64,000 nt of DNA, taken from Chrysomallon squamiferum. Its lineage: Eukaryota; Animalia; Mollusca. The DNA is taken from NCBI GenBank assembly GCA_012295275.1, contig CM022670.1:23002001-23066000 (forward strand), read 5' to 3'. Shown piece by piece: positions 17,114-28,349 of the stretch; within the stretch, counting starts at the first letter, position 1, and each line of letters opens with the position of its first letter. A program made the translations under genes and the position numbers. The notes below the pieces were generated by a model. It searched no databases. It saw only the letters and a program-made list of their open reading frames with translations, and was not told the origin of the DNA.

Positions 17114-18099
17114 CTGTAGGAAGCATATATATATGTGTGTGTGTGTGTCTGTATTTTGATATATATATATATCCATGTATGTTATCATGTTTTAAACTAT
17201 ACCTTTTTTCATCAACATTTGTCTGGCCAGTTTTCATTACTGTTACTATTGTTATTCTTTGTAGTAATAATAATATTATTATTTTTGTTTCTATTACTTT
17301 TACAAGTGTAACTGTTATTGTTATTTTGCTATTTACTATTACTGTTATTATTTCTATTTTTCAGACTTGTAAGCTGTGTAATAAATGTTTAACAACTGAG
17401 TGGAAAATCACATTAAAACAAACTTACTTGGAGCACACTTCAAGAGGAACCTGTCGGAGACTTTTTCCAACAAATATGGTTGGTCTTAAATTAGCTTTGA
17501 TTTTTAATCCAAACATTTAAATAAGTTATAAGTATGGACACAATTCCATACATACAATGCATCAGTCTAACAAATCTTTTTTTACTAAAATAATAAAGGT
17601 TGAAGGATACACAGATGTAACTCGAACAATAATTAAAAATAATTTAAATTATATTTCTATCATCATTATCATCATCATTGTTGTTAATTAATATTTAAAA
17701 AAATATGTTGAATAATGGTACTTATAGTCTTTCATCATAGAACAATACAATTCATTTCAGTTATACTTTTTTCTTTAATTTCCTTTGTAATTATTATTTT
17801 TATTACTACTGCTGCCACTATTATTATTGTTTTTACTATTAGTATTTTTATTTTTATTACTAATATTAATGTTGTTATTACTACTACTGCTACTACTACT
17901 ACTACTATTATTGTTGTTGTTGTTGTTATTTCTATAGCATGTGTTTTTTAATTTTTTTTTTTTTTAGACTCAGTCTGATGCAGAACATTTACAGTCTTTC
18001 ATGTCATCTCCAGAATTTACAAAACTTAAAGAGAAAAATAAATTAATCACACTTTGGTTCCTTGGAAAATGCAGAGAAGATGTGGCCTTCTGCAGCTGA
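11127..18099 (+). CDS. TTLL15: Tubulin-tyrosine ligase-like (TTL/ATP-grasp) protein of TTLL15 type, N-terminal transmembrane segment, 14 coding exons, 514 aa
   Basis: Exons 11127-11351, 11605-11760, 11957-12076, 12260-12335, 13265-13334, 13584-13667, 14250-14334, 14799-14877, 15167-15275, 15998-16064, 16558-16685, 16895-16994, 17365-17478 and 17968-18099. All introns are GT-AG and phases chain to 1545 nt. TTL motifs: WDVLW, QRVNHFPGSGYITNK, WVQKSNNHRGV, FVQEYV.KPYLIDGRKFDIGIY, FFEMVRFDFVLDEDLNVYLMEANMSPNL. The TM + TTL + Cys-rich tail layout matches the invertebrate ttll-15 group as I recall it; the subfamily call is not tested by phylogeny. Confidence 0.92.
11605..11760 (+). CDS. TTLL15: TTLL15-like exon 2
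   Basis: LETGYLKHVFAVFERF...DWDVLWSHDYPF...LKPHQR|gtgagt. Confidence 0.92.
11957..12076 (+). CDS. TTLL15: TTLL15-like exon 3
   Basis: VNHFPGSGYITNKVSLA...IPKAFQLP...FLEY|gtgagt. Confidence 0.93.
12260..12335 (+). CDS. TTLL15: TTLL15-like exon 4
   Basis: SKLNPDVKWVQKSNNHRGVSIREVE; AG/GT borders. Confidence 0.9.
13265..13334 (+). CDS. TTLL15: TTLL15-like exon 5
   Basis: LDLTKEGSFVQEYVLKPYLIDG(R). Confidence 0.92.
13584..13667 (+). CDS. TTLL15: TTLL15-like exon 6
   Basis: KFDIGIYAILTSINPLRVYIVEGEALF(R). Confidence 0.93.
14250..14334 (+). CDS. TTLL15: TTLL15-like exon 7
   Basis: FCKKEYYPFDSSVHEKYVVQDSYTPMWE|gtatgt. Confidence 0.92.
14799..14877 (+). CDS. TTLL15: TTLL15-like exon 8
   Basis: IPSLKKIYEDLNYSFKDTFNYHLQKS(G). 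Confidence 0.9.
15167..15275 (+). CDS. TTLL15: TTLL15-like exon 9
   Basis: KDYKKVWHDIKTAILTVYLDKEANLTDSAWKYKST(M)|gtaagt. Confidence 0.9.
15998..16064 (+). CDS. TTLL15: TTLL15-like exon 10
   Basis: NFFEMVRFDFVLDEDLNVYLME|gtaagt (ATP-grasp catalytic D and E). Confidence 0.95.
16558..16685 (+). CDS. TTLL15: TTLL15-like exon 11
   Basis: ANMSPNLSSGHFKANARLYEHVLYNTLALTGLG... Confidence 0.93.
16895..16994 (+). CDS. TTLL15: TTLL15-like exon 12
   Basis: PEDEGEMTVSEKDINVFPDICDSEKCRSHCSDL|gtaagc. Confidence 0.9.
17365..17478 (+). CDS. TTLL15: TTLL15-like exon 13
   Basis: TCKLCNKCLTTEWKITLKQTYLEHTSRGTCRRLFPTNM. Confidence 0.9.
17968..18099 (+). CDS. TTLL15: TTLL15-like terminal exon
   Basis: TQSDAEHLQSFMSSPEFTKLKEKNKLITLWFLGKCREDVAFCS*; TGA at 18097-18099. 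Confidence 0.9.
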   Translation, partial: TQSDAEHLQSFMSSPEFTKLKEKNKLITLWFLGKCREDVAFCS

Positions 18100-20389
18100 A
18101 AAAAAGCAATGAAGCGTGAAATAATGTTTTTAAAGCGTCACAGTTAAAATGCAGTGAATTCTGTTTTTTAAGTCAAAATCCATTTCAGAATAATGGCAGT
18201 AAACTGGAAACAGATATTTTCTATTAGACCATGATAATAAAAATTACATTTATGTCTTTATGTGGGAAAAACCATTCAAAATATTATTACTGTACTCTTT
18301 TGAAATTTCATTATGTTACAAAATTATTATACTGTACGATAAGCAATATGTTGAAAGTTGTTACATCATCATTTTATTTTCTGTTGTACCAACACTGTTG
18401 CCAGGGAAACACTTGATTTTAAAACTGATTGGCCCAGGTTTTTAAAGAATCTGTGCTGTTAAAAAAACTTGAGAAAAATATTGAAACTTGAGTTAGATAG
18501 AAGCAAAAATTATTTTACTGCACTTTTAATAAATCACTGAATTAAAATATATTTTATTTATAAAAAATATTTATTTTAATTAGAAACGAATTATTTTACT
18601 GATAGATTTTAGCAATGAAAGAATATTATTTATTAGGTTCATATTTTAAAACATCTATTTTAGAAACATTAATATGCATGGTTTGAAAATTTACCATTGT
18701 TCCTGAGACTTTTTAAAAACTTGCTGCATGTCATATTAATTTTTATTGCTCACATTATTGTATACTTTTATACCTTACACTGTCTTTCAGCTGTTGTTCT
18801 TTTATCTGTGCTCATGTTTTATATTGTGTGACCTGCAGTGAATGTGTGAAATTTTTATCATTTTTCTGTCAAACAACAATATTAGATGACTAAATAATGA
18901 TTTAGTAATATTTTATGTATTATACATATTGTTAGAAATATTTACACCACTGAAGTTTTAATGTCATTTTATAAGTGCCTCATGTTGTGATACTGCACAT
19001 AGAATCGGAGATTAAGTAGTATTTAGTTTTTAAAATATTAATGTTTCTTATGTCACATACTTTTATTTTGACACCATTCCTCATTGCAGTAGTTTGAGTA
19101 ATTAATCACAATATATGCCTAGATGAATGCTGGTAAATCATGGAATGCTGTGAGCTAGATTTTGGAAAAGTTATTTATAAACATTTTCAGCATCATAACT
19201 TGATGATTTGTTTCCTGTTGGAGTCTTTAGATAAGTATTTCTTTTTCTGACAAAATATCAAATTATGACCGTATCATAATTACATTTTCAGAGTTTGTGA
19301 GTATATCCCTTTGTGACTTTTGTGCCGGTTTATTCAGATGTAATTATTTATTAAAATTTAGAAGTGTTTATTTATGTACAGTAGTTTATTTATTTCCTCT
19401 AATCATCAGATTAATGGTCTGACCATTTTAATTTGTGACGTTATCAGATGTATGCTTGTAAATATATGTGTTTTACAGAGCTGAGCAATAAATTACTGTT
19501 AAAAAGGATGATACAAAAACAAAAGAAAAAAAAAAGCAATATATAATTATTATTTATAAAATAAATTACTAAAACAAGCATTTTTATTGCATTTTTACAC
19601 TCATACTTAACTAATACATACATTCCAATTTTTTTTAAAGCAATATTAGTCATAGAAATAAGTTTATTTTTGTTAAACACTTAAACATGTTTCAGAATTT
19701 TTTTTATTTTTATTAATTGTTATTGATTTAGCATTAACAATTAAAGAAACTAGAAAGTTCAAAACGAATTTTGAAAAATAAACAGAAGGGAAAAATATAT
19801 ACATCATATATTACACATTGATTATATTTTTCATTATATGATTGATTTTGTGGATTTACATACTGGGCATTTTACTTGAAATTTTAACATTTATTTATTT
19901 TAACCTGTTTAGTGTTTAGATGGGTCATATTATTTTACATAAAATTTTTAATGTGGTAGAATTACATGGTTCCTGCTGTTTTACTTGACCTGTGAAAACA
20001 TGATACAAAACACTGGACCTTCTGATATAGCTCTGTATGCTCTGACTTTTCATACTGTCACTATCAATAAATTAAAATTTAAAGTCATTAAAAGTTAATA
20101 TACTCATGAGATTAACTTTGTAATAAAACATTGTTATCTCTAGGTCATCAGTAGTATTGTTTTCACATATATATATATATATTTCTACTTAACATGCTCA
20201 AATACCAGAATTATATATTAAATACATCTTTATTCTGAACTTAATTATTTTATTTTTAACATATTTTCATAATTTGGCATAAATAATGTGTATCAGTTGT
20301 GAGTACTCAATGTATAAATGAATGAATTTCAGTTTTAATCATTATTTTTGTATCATGTTAGTATCCCAACAAAAAATAAATAACAAGAC

Positions 20390-20575
20390 CAAACTCCATT
20401 ATGACAAAACTAGACAGAACTCCACTGGCACAAAATCCCTCTAAGATAAAACCAAAACTGGACAGAATTCCACTAGGATAAAACCACACTGGACAAGACC
20501 ACTTTGGACAAAACTTCACTAAGACGAAACACACTGGACAAAACCACAGTAGACAGAACTGCACTCGTTCAATAA
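20390..20575. mobile_element. Remnant of a MITE arm with reiterated short motifs
   Basis: Degenerate tandem ACTGGACAAAACC / CACTAGACAGAA units; no partner arm found. Confidence 0.45.
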
Positions 20576-21427
20576 CCAACTTCACTCCATCTTAAACATA
20601 CTATAGAAAGCAACAAAAAAAAAGATAAAAAAAAAAAATTCTTCTTATTCATAACACATACATACCAGAATCTTCTATCCACTTGGAAATGTCATTGTCA
20701 GGATTATTTGATTAATCTTGTCCTTGGTTGTTATTTCTTTATTTCAAGTAACATTGTGTTGTATTTCTAAAAAGTTGATACCTTTGGTGAAATAAATATG
20801 TTATTAATTCATTCGATTTTGTTATCTGTGTCTGTTTGTGTATTTATTTTTATTGTTTATTTTTTTAATTTATAATAAGGATATTTAAAACAATGTAAAT
20901 CATGATTTATTATTGTCAAAGTAATATTGCATATCGCTGTTTATTAAATTGTATACAAATGTGTAATTTTAACAGATGTAAAGACTTGACTCTTGTATTA
21001 TATATCATTCTGTCTGTACAATGACCTTTATCTACTACATTATTTACACACGATTTCACAGAACATTATTTTGTTTTCTTAATGCCAACTTTGTATCTGG
21101 AATTTATAACATCTTTATATTTTAAACTTTGTTATTAATTGTTTTATCCATCCATAGCTTACAGACCAGCAATTTCTACTTACAATAAAATATCTATATT
21201 AATGGTATGACAATAACGATTAATAAAAAATAAATAAATAACCTTTTTTTACATACTTAGGTGGTCAGAAAATGTCATTTTTAAATTATTATTTTTAAAT
21301 TGTATACACACACCCAACAGCTTCAAATTCGAAGCTTTATTTGTATGGGTGAATAACTACATTCAAGACTCCCAGTGCACTAAAACATTTTTAATATCAT
21401 TTGTAGTCTAGTAATATTTTTTAATTA

Positions 21428-21941
21428 CAGGTTGGACCTCACTAATTTCACCTTTATAAGTCCGGCGTAGACAGTGCTTTGAATCTGGTGGTCAGTATTT
21501 ACCAGGCCACTGCTTGGACGCCTCTAGCACCATCAGCGCCCCAAACTGTTTAAACTGCCATAGATTATTTACTGTGGTTGATGCTTCTCTAGAAGTACAT
21601 ATTATTTACTTTTTCTTATTTTTTTTTTTTTTGTTTTGAAAATACGCTTCATAGGTGACCATCATGCAATGAAAATGGTGGTATTCAGTAAAACAAAAAC
21701 GCTGTTAATAAAAATGTCAACGCTGAAAAAAAACAAAAAAAGAAAGTCTAATACTCATCAAAAAGAATTTCAGTAAGCCTGATCTATGTTTATGTCTGTG
21801 TCAGTTGTATCAGTGTCAGTAATACAACACAGTACAGGCATTGTTTTGTCATTTTTTACCCTCAGTTTCACGGGTTCTGAAAATGCGATACTCCTGCACC
21901 TGTCTATTCCCTAGCTTGCCAAGTTAGTGAGGTCCAACCTG
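21428..21941. mobile_element. Non-autonomous Tc1/mariner-superfamily MITE, 514 bp
   Basis: Perfect 18-bp TIR CAGGTTGGACCTCACTAA / TTAGTGAGGTCCAACCTG, flanked by TA on both sides (21426-21427, 21942-21943). Confidence 0.85.
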
Positions 21942-22447
21942 TATTATCATTAGTTATATTAAATTAGCCAAGGAGGAACTACAGTACTGGAAGCTTGTTA
22001 GCTGTTTTAAAATACAGTTGTGTACCATTCTGTGTCAAACAGTTTTTTTCTCACGTCTAAGCTTTTTGCTTTCCTTTGCATTCTGGTTTTGTTTCAAATA
22101 AATGATGTACTAATTCACAAACCTTTCACCTTTTCATACAAGTATTTAAGTATTGTTACTACCTCTGACGTAAACAAATGAATGTCGAAATAGCACAAAT
22201 TATTATAATAAAAATAAATAACAACACAAAAAAACATAAATAACTGATAAATTAATAATAACGGTAACAATAATAATAATAATAATAGTTATGATGATGA
22301 TAAATGTGAAAGTGCCATTTTGTATTTGAAATATTTGAAGTATTCAGTTCATTTCATAAAATAGCTGCATGTTTATTTATGTCGTCTTGTCTCAACCTTC
22401 TTTACAAACAAGTTAAACTCTGTGTTATTCCTGATCTACGGTTTTCA

Positions 22448-22589
22448 TCACTTAAGGTCTTGAACAGAAAAACCGTCTGAAGCTCCACAAGAAGACTGGA
22501 CACTGTCTTTTCTAGCATTCATTTTCATGTGCCTGTGAAAGAACGGACCTTTAACATCAAGCATATCACCAGCGTTTTCTTCTGAAATA

Positions 22590-22623
<34 letters not shown>

Positions 22624-22915
22624 AGTTTATCAAACAACGTGTTCAGAATATTCATAATCTACTATTAAATGGCAGTATATGAGAGAAGAATCCTGTTTTC
22701 ACCATGTGTTACCCTTTTTCAACAGCAAGACCTTTACTGGTGTGACACTGTTTGGAACGGGAACACGACCAAGGGATTACGGAGGATTATCCATCAGAGT
22801 GACCTTCTAAACTTCAGAGTGTGCGCAACTCCTTTACAAGAACAATGTTTCCCAACGAACTTTGCAAAGAGTAAGTTATGGCGAATTTTTTTTTTTTTTT
22901 AAATAAAATAAAATA

Positions 22916-23006
<91 letters not shown>

Positions 23007-23562
23007 CATCCTTTTAACTTTAATTTAAATTAGTAGTAACTTTCTTAAATTTTTATTTATTTATTTATTTATTTTAAAGCTATATCAAAAAGCCAGTTAC
23101 CATTGGTCTAAAAAACATACATTATGCTCAATTAAATTACCTTGACAGATAATTTACACTAAGAACTGTTATTCAATACAATAATTATCTAAACTGTCAC
23201 TTGTGGAGGGGGTTGAGCCGTAATGCTGTAAAATACTGGAAATACTTCATACCCCACAAACAACAACAACAACAACAACAAACACAACAACAACAATAAT
23301 AATAATAACAAATTCACTCACCTTCCAAGTTACCTATTACGATAAAAGGATCACTTATTCGTTTTTCTTGTATATCTCGAGGTAGAAAACATTCCTCGGG
23401 TTTAACTGAAGGCATCGATTTATGATGCCCAATACCACGTTTACGTAAAATCATACTTGACGAAGGGATAAATGGGTTCACCCGACTTTTAATGGACAGA
23501 AAGAAAAATTCACATCGAGAACATATGCTGTGTCGTCGTCCTTTACTCGGTTTGCATCCCAT
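22448..23562 (-). CDS. Unrecognised 124-aa protein with an N-terminal MGCxxS lipidation motif, 2 coding exons
   Basis: Exon A 23562-23322 ends GAAG|GTGAGT (phase 1). Exon B 22581-22448 follows poly-T...ttatttcag (phase 1) and joins in frame, total 375 nt. Tandem TGA TGA stops; AATAAA (plus-strand tttatt, 22372-22377) about 70 nt downstream. Confidence 0.62.
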
Positions 23563-23931
23563 GCCTTGTTTATCGGTATTTGCATGGTCAAAATTAATGA
23601 CGTAATTCGTCCATGACGTTGTTTTTATTTATTTATTTATATTTCTGGTGTCATTGACTTTTTTTTTTTCATTAATATTTTATTTTTAGTTATATATATA
23701 TATATACATATTTTAGACTCACAAATTCATGTTTTTATACTACAATGAGCATCTCCAACAAAATGAATTTAATTATTAAAATATAAAATTAAAAACTCGC
23801 TTAAAATGGTAACTCAAAATAATTAAATAAAATAGTTTCATAAAAATAAAACTCGTAATGCAGCTTTGCAGTTATATTGTTATTTACTTTGTTTACTGTT
23901 GAAAATGTGTTTTACTACCAACGGCATAAAT

Positions 23932-23967
<36 letters not shown>

Positions 23968-24679
23968 ATTCATACATCTCTGTACGTAATCACGCAAATG
24001 CGCGTGAATTCTGGGAGGAGGTGTTTGTATGTGGTCAAGGTCTAAAAACATCATAGTAAATAAAGACAAACTATCAATAAAGCCGCTGAGTTTCGATCAG
24101 TCACTTCTTGTAATGTAGGTAATAAACCTTTCCAGAACTTCCGGCCATCAATTTCGTTTCGAATACAGAGCGGGGCGAACCAATCTCGAGAACAGCAGTA
24201 GTTTCATTAACACAAAGAGAGAAAACGCGACGAGCACAACAGAAACTGAGCTGTGCGCAAAAGTGGATGAATTGATTGACCGTTTGCTTTGAAATATTAT
24301 GAAATAAGTTTTACGTGACAGATGTTCATGAAAAAAAAAAAAAAAAAAAAAAGAATGTCAAATTAATAATGGTTATTTTTAAATTTTTATTTGTCTTCTT
24401 CTCAAATCGGTATCTTCAGTTTCAGTAACACGTACAAAAACCACTTGTCTTGTCAGTTTACTTATTTCTGGCTAACACTCGAAAATTGATTTATTAGAAA
24501 CCATGCTTTCCTTTCTTTAAAAAGATTCCCATATATAAGTTTCATCTATCAAATATTATTTTAAAGAAAAAACCATTTGTCCAATAACCTTTGACATACA
24601 CCGTCCTGATAAACGCAAGTATTGTCTCCTTGTTTGCAGTTAACGTAATAAGAACGATTAATCAAGCATCTGATTAATA

Positions 24680-25406
24680 CAGTGGTTCTCTAAATATATC
24701 AGTGAACATCTCACACAAGGGCGGTAACTAAATATATCCGAGAACATCTCTCACCCAAGGACGGTAACTCTAAATATATCCGTGAACATCTCTCACACGA
24801 GGGCGGTAACTCTAAATATATCAGTGAACATCTCTCACACAAAGGAAGTAACTCTAAATATATCCGTGAACATCTCTCACACAAGGGCGGTAACTCTAAA
24901 TATATCAGTGAACATATCTCACACCAGGGCGGTAACTCTAAATATATCAGTGAACATCTCTCACCCAAGGACGGTAACTCTAAATATATCAGTGAACATC
25001 TCTCACACAAATGCGGTAACTCTAAATATATCCGTGAACATCTCTCACACAAAGGCGCTAACTCTAAATATATCAGTGAACATCTCTCACACAAGGGCGG
25101 TAACTCTAAATATATCAGTAAACATCTCTAACAGAAGAAAAACAAATGGTACAGATTCCAGACGAGAACCGTTTATTCGCGAAATGATGAAGAATCTGAC
25201 ACAGATGTAGTCAATGAGGATAGACAATCTCAGCAGCCTGCACCGCAACCAATTCAGCCGCAATATCCGTCTTTCAGTTATTTCTGTATTTTTTTTTTTA
25301 TTTACATTTTGCATTATATTTCTTAGCATTTTGTGTGTAATGTGCCCGCAATTTTGTTGTAAGGCTTCAAGTGTACCCCGACTTCAAAAAGTATGAGAAC
25401 CCACTG
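24680..25406. mobile_element. Non-autonomous hAT-type element with an internal minisatellite
   Basis: Ends CAGTGGTTCTC ... GAGAACCCACTG; perfect 8-bp TSD GATTAATA (24672-24679 and 25407-25414). Confidence 0.85.
24688..25129. repeat. 42-bp minisatellite, ~10.5 copies
   Basis: Unit CTCTAAATATATC(A/C)GTGAACATCTCTCACACAAGGGCGGTAA; gives the periodic 14-aa ORFs on both strands. Confidence 0.95.
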
Positions 25407-25469
25407 GATTAATACATTAACTAACTAACGTTCTTTATCGGTTCTGTACTCTCGCCAACGTCATTTTTT

Positions 25470-25920
25470 GTTTTTTTTTGGCAATTTCTTTTCCATGTTC
25501 AGTATCATCATCCATCGTTTCTGTGCACAGGGAATATCACCATCCACACTGATACGTCCCTGCACGGCGCTTTGTGCCAGTCCGTGTGACACCAGTCTAG
25601 TAGATAAAGGAATGTCATCGACAGGGTCGAGTTCTTCAGGTTCAGTGTTTGAAACTTTATTTTATTATTTTTTTATTTTTTTTTCACCACAAAACGTTTT
25701 CCCTATTCTTTTCTTAAATTTATACAGCCTCACCGAAGAAACCTTAAATTTTATTCTGGCCAATTCCTCAGCTTTTGTTAATAATATTTCCCGAGATACT
25801 GAGAGATTTTTATTCCTATCATTTTATTTTTATTATTATTTTTTTTTAACCATTTCAGTGTTGCGGCCTCTTTTTTTTTAAACGCTCCTGTTCTCTTGAT
25901 TTTGCTTTTTTGCTTTTACC
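25470..25920 (-). pseudogene. Decayed, internally deleted Tigger/pogo transposase fragment
   Basis: Minus strand gives KAKIKRTGAFKKKEAATLKW, then after a break RNKNLSVSREILLTKAEELARIKFKVSSVRLYKFKKRIGKTFCGE (CENP-B-type HTH pattern), then an acidic piece PEELDPVDDIPLS...ISVDGDIPC like pogo C-termini. Stops and frameshifts are present and the DDE domain is absent. Confidence 0.7.
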
Positions 25921-26105
25921 TATAGAACCAGAAGTTTGATCATTCAAGCGCTTGGAGTTTTCGAAGGTTAATTTCTATTAATTTCTGCTCAAGAGATCGA
26001 GTTACCTAAATTTGTATATAATTAAATAAATAAATAAATAAATATATAAATATATAGATAGATAGATAGGATGGATAGATAGATGGATGGATGGATGGAT
26101 AGATG

Positions 26106-26141
<36 letters not shown>

Positions 26142-27342
26142 TTATTTATTACTAATATATGGGAGCTCAGCCGGGGCTAGACAGATCGAGGTTTTCAAGA
26201 AATCAGCGCTCGAGCTGCTGTCCTCGTTTGACTGTATTATTGTAAAGATATTGACTCGTTATTAAATAATATTCATTACTTTTGCTGACAGCTTATATCG
26301 TGTTTAGTAATTTATTAACACCACACGCACGGGAAACGCTTATAATTCTGAAAATTGATATCGCCATCGATTAATTATTTTTGGATTAATCGATTGTTTC
26401 GCTTTGTCCTCATATTACCAAATCTAGCGACTCAAGAGTACACCAGTGCTCCTGAAAAATTTAATAATAATGTATTCCAGGTTTACATAAACGAAAACTC
26501 CGAGAGAATGTTTGCACTCTGGGAATAACAGGCAGTAATGCACATGCATTATCTATAATTGTATGAATTTAATTCTCCTATAACAAAATGCATTCCGATG
26601 TTAAGATGTAGGAAATTCTGTAATTAAAAATAAAAGTTACGCAGACTTGTAAAAAAACAAAATAAAATAAAAAGCGTTCGATATCCATTAATCAGTAAAT
26701 TTACGAGACTAATTCAATTTTCGTATTAATGTATTAAGTAGAGAATATTTAAATGAAAATAATTGTAATTGTACCTAAAGCTTCACACCTGCTTTTGTAC
26801 CTGAGAATGTGTTTTAAGTTACGTTGGATCATGCGTGTGTGTTTATGAGTTTTTCGAGTGCGTGTTTGCTTATATTAAAGCATGTCGGTGTAAAATATCA
26901 TAAATACGAGCATGGAACAAAAGAGGGTTTTGGATTTCTTTTATCTGTATCACGTATGTAATGTTAGAATGCCATTTCTCTATTACCTACAGTCATCATA
27001 TGTTATCAGTATTATAAAACGTTTCTTCCAGTACACTTCCCATACATCCCAGTCTAGAGTAATAATGAGATTTCAAGTAAACATTAATATGTCTTAATTC
27101 TTTCTCCTTGAAAGCACCAGTTAATGTAGAAACCACAGGTTAATAAAATATCAGTAATAAAAAAAAACCAACACATGTATTTGAAGCTGAAATATATCAA
27201 ACTCAAAACATGACAAATAAATCTTAAGCCATCGTAATAACAATTGAAATAAATAAATAAATAAATAAATGATAAAAGTGATGATAATGATGATGATGAT
27301 AATAATAATAATAATAATACTTATAATAATAATAAAATTAGA

Positions 27343-27441
27343 CTACTTCTGCTACTGTTACTACTACTACTACTGCTACTACTGCTACTGCTGCTACTAC
27401 TACTACTACTACTACTACTGCTACTACTACTACTGCTGCTG

Positions 27442-27491
<50 letters not shown>

Positions 27492-27517
27492 GCTATTGCT
27501 ACTACTACTACTACTAC
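27343..27517. repeat. (CTA/CTG)n compound trinucleotide repeat
   Basis: Direct reading. Confidence 0.95.
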
Positions 27518-28349
27518 AGATCAGTTGCAGTATGATTTGAGATTTACATGCAGAGTCGATGACTGGATGTCAGATCTTACAAAAAGAAACGACGAAGAAT
27601 GAAAGAAACAGCTGACAAAACATAGATTCGCCTACGCTGTGTGGCTTCCACTAAGATTGCTACTGTTTTGTGTTATAGACTAGCATTTGCTAATTAATAA
27701 TGTTTGAGAGAGAAAAACATTATTATAATAAAATAAAACAGAATACGACAGATGAAACAAATTAAAACTGTAACTGGACAACAACAAAAACAACAGTAAT
27801 AATAACAAAAACAACAACAACAACATCAAACAAAGGAAACAAAAACTAAAAAATTAAAGTAAGAATTATGATAGAAACAGTTTAAAATAATTATTATAAG
27901 AGAACAAAAATACAAAGAACATAAATAAATAATTAAATGACTAAAGAAATTGACTGAAATAATTATATCAACGAAGACTGTAATTAATAAAATAAATCAA
28001 GGCTGTCAACAGGTAATTTTCTTTCGCCTCGTGAATACAGCTCTCTCTTTATTTATTCTCGAATCCTTCAAGAAAAGGTTTGTATTATGAAGAATGTCAC
28101 TCAGCTCAGTATTTATAGTGATGTATCCCAAAAATAATGATCTTTCTTCATTATTATCTGACGGTACCATCAAGCTATGAATTACACTGGCGGCTGTTAA
28201 TCTGAAAACATTGACTTGATGCATTGGTTATTGTGACTAAACTATTAACTGTCAAGCTACCCGCGGTGTCAACCCTAGGTCTTTGATATAAATAAACAGA
28301 GTTAATAAAAAATACATTATGTTACACTATTTTAAGCTTTGCTATACAA

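Noticed and set aside
24711-25210. Periodic 127-aa and 142-aa ORFs (CERCSLIYLELPPL / NISHTRAVTLNISV)
   Set aside because: Translations of a 42-bp minisatellite inside a hAT element; open on both strands, with no splice or start context
28006-28224. 72-aa minus-strand ORF with an acceptor at 28202
   Set aside because: No recognisable domain, and its phase does not fit the upstream candidate exons
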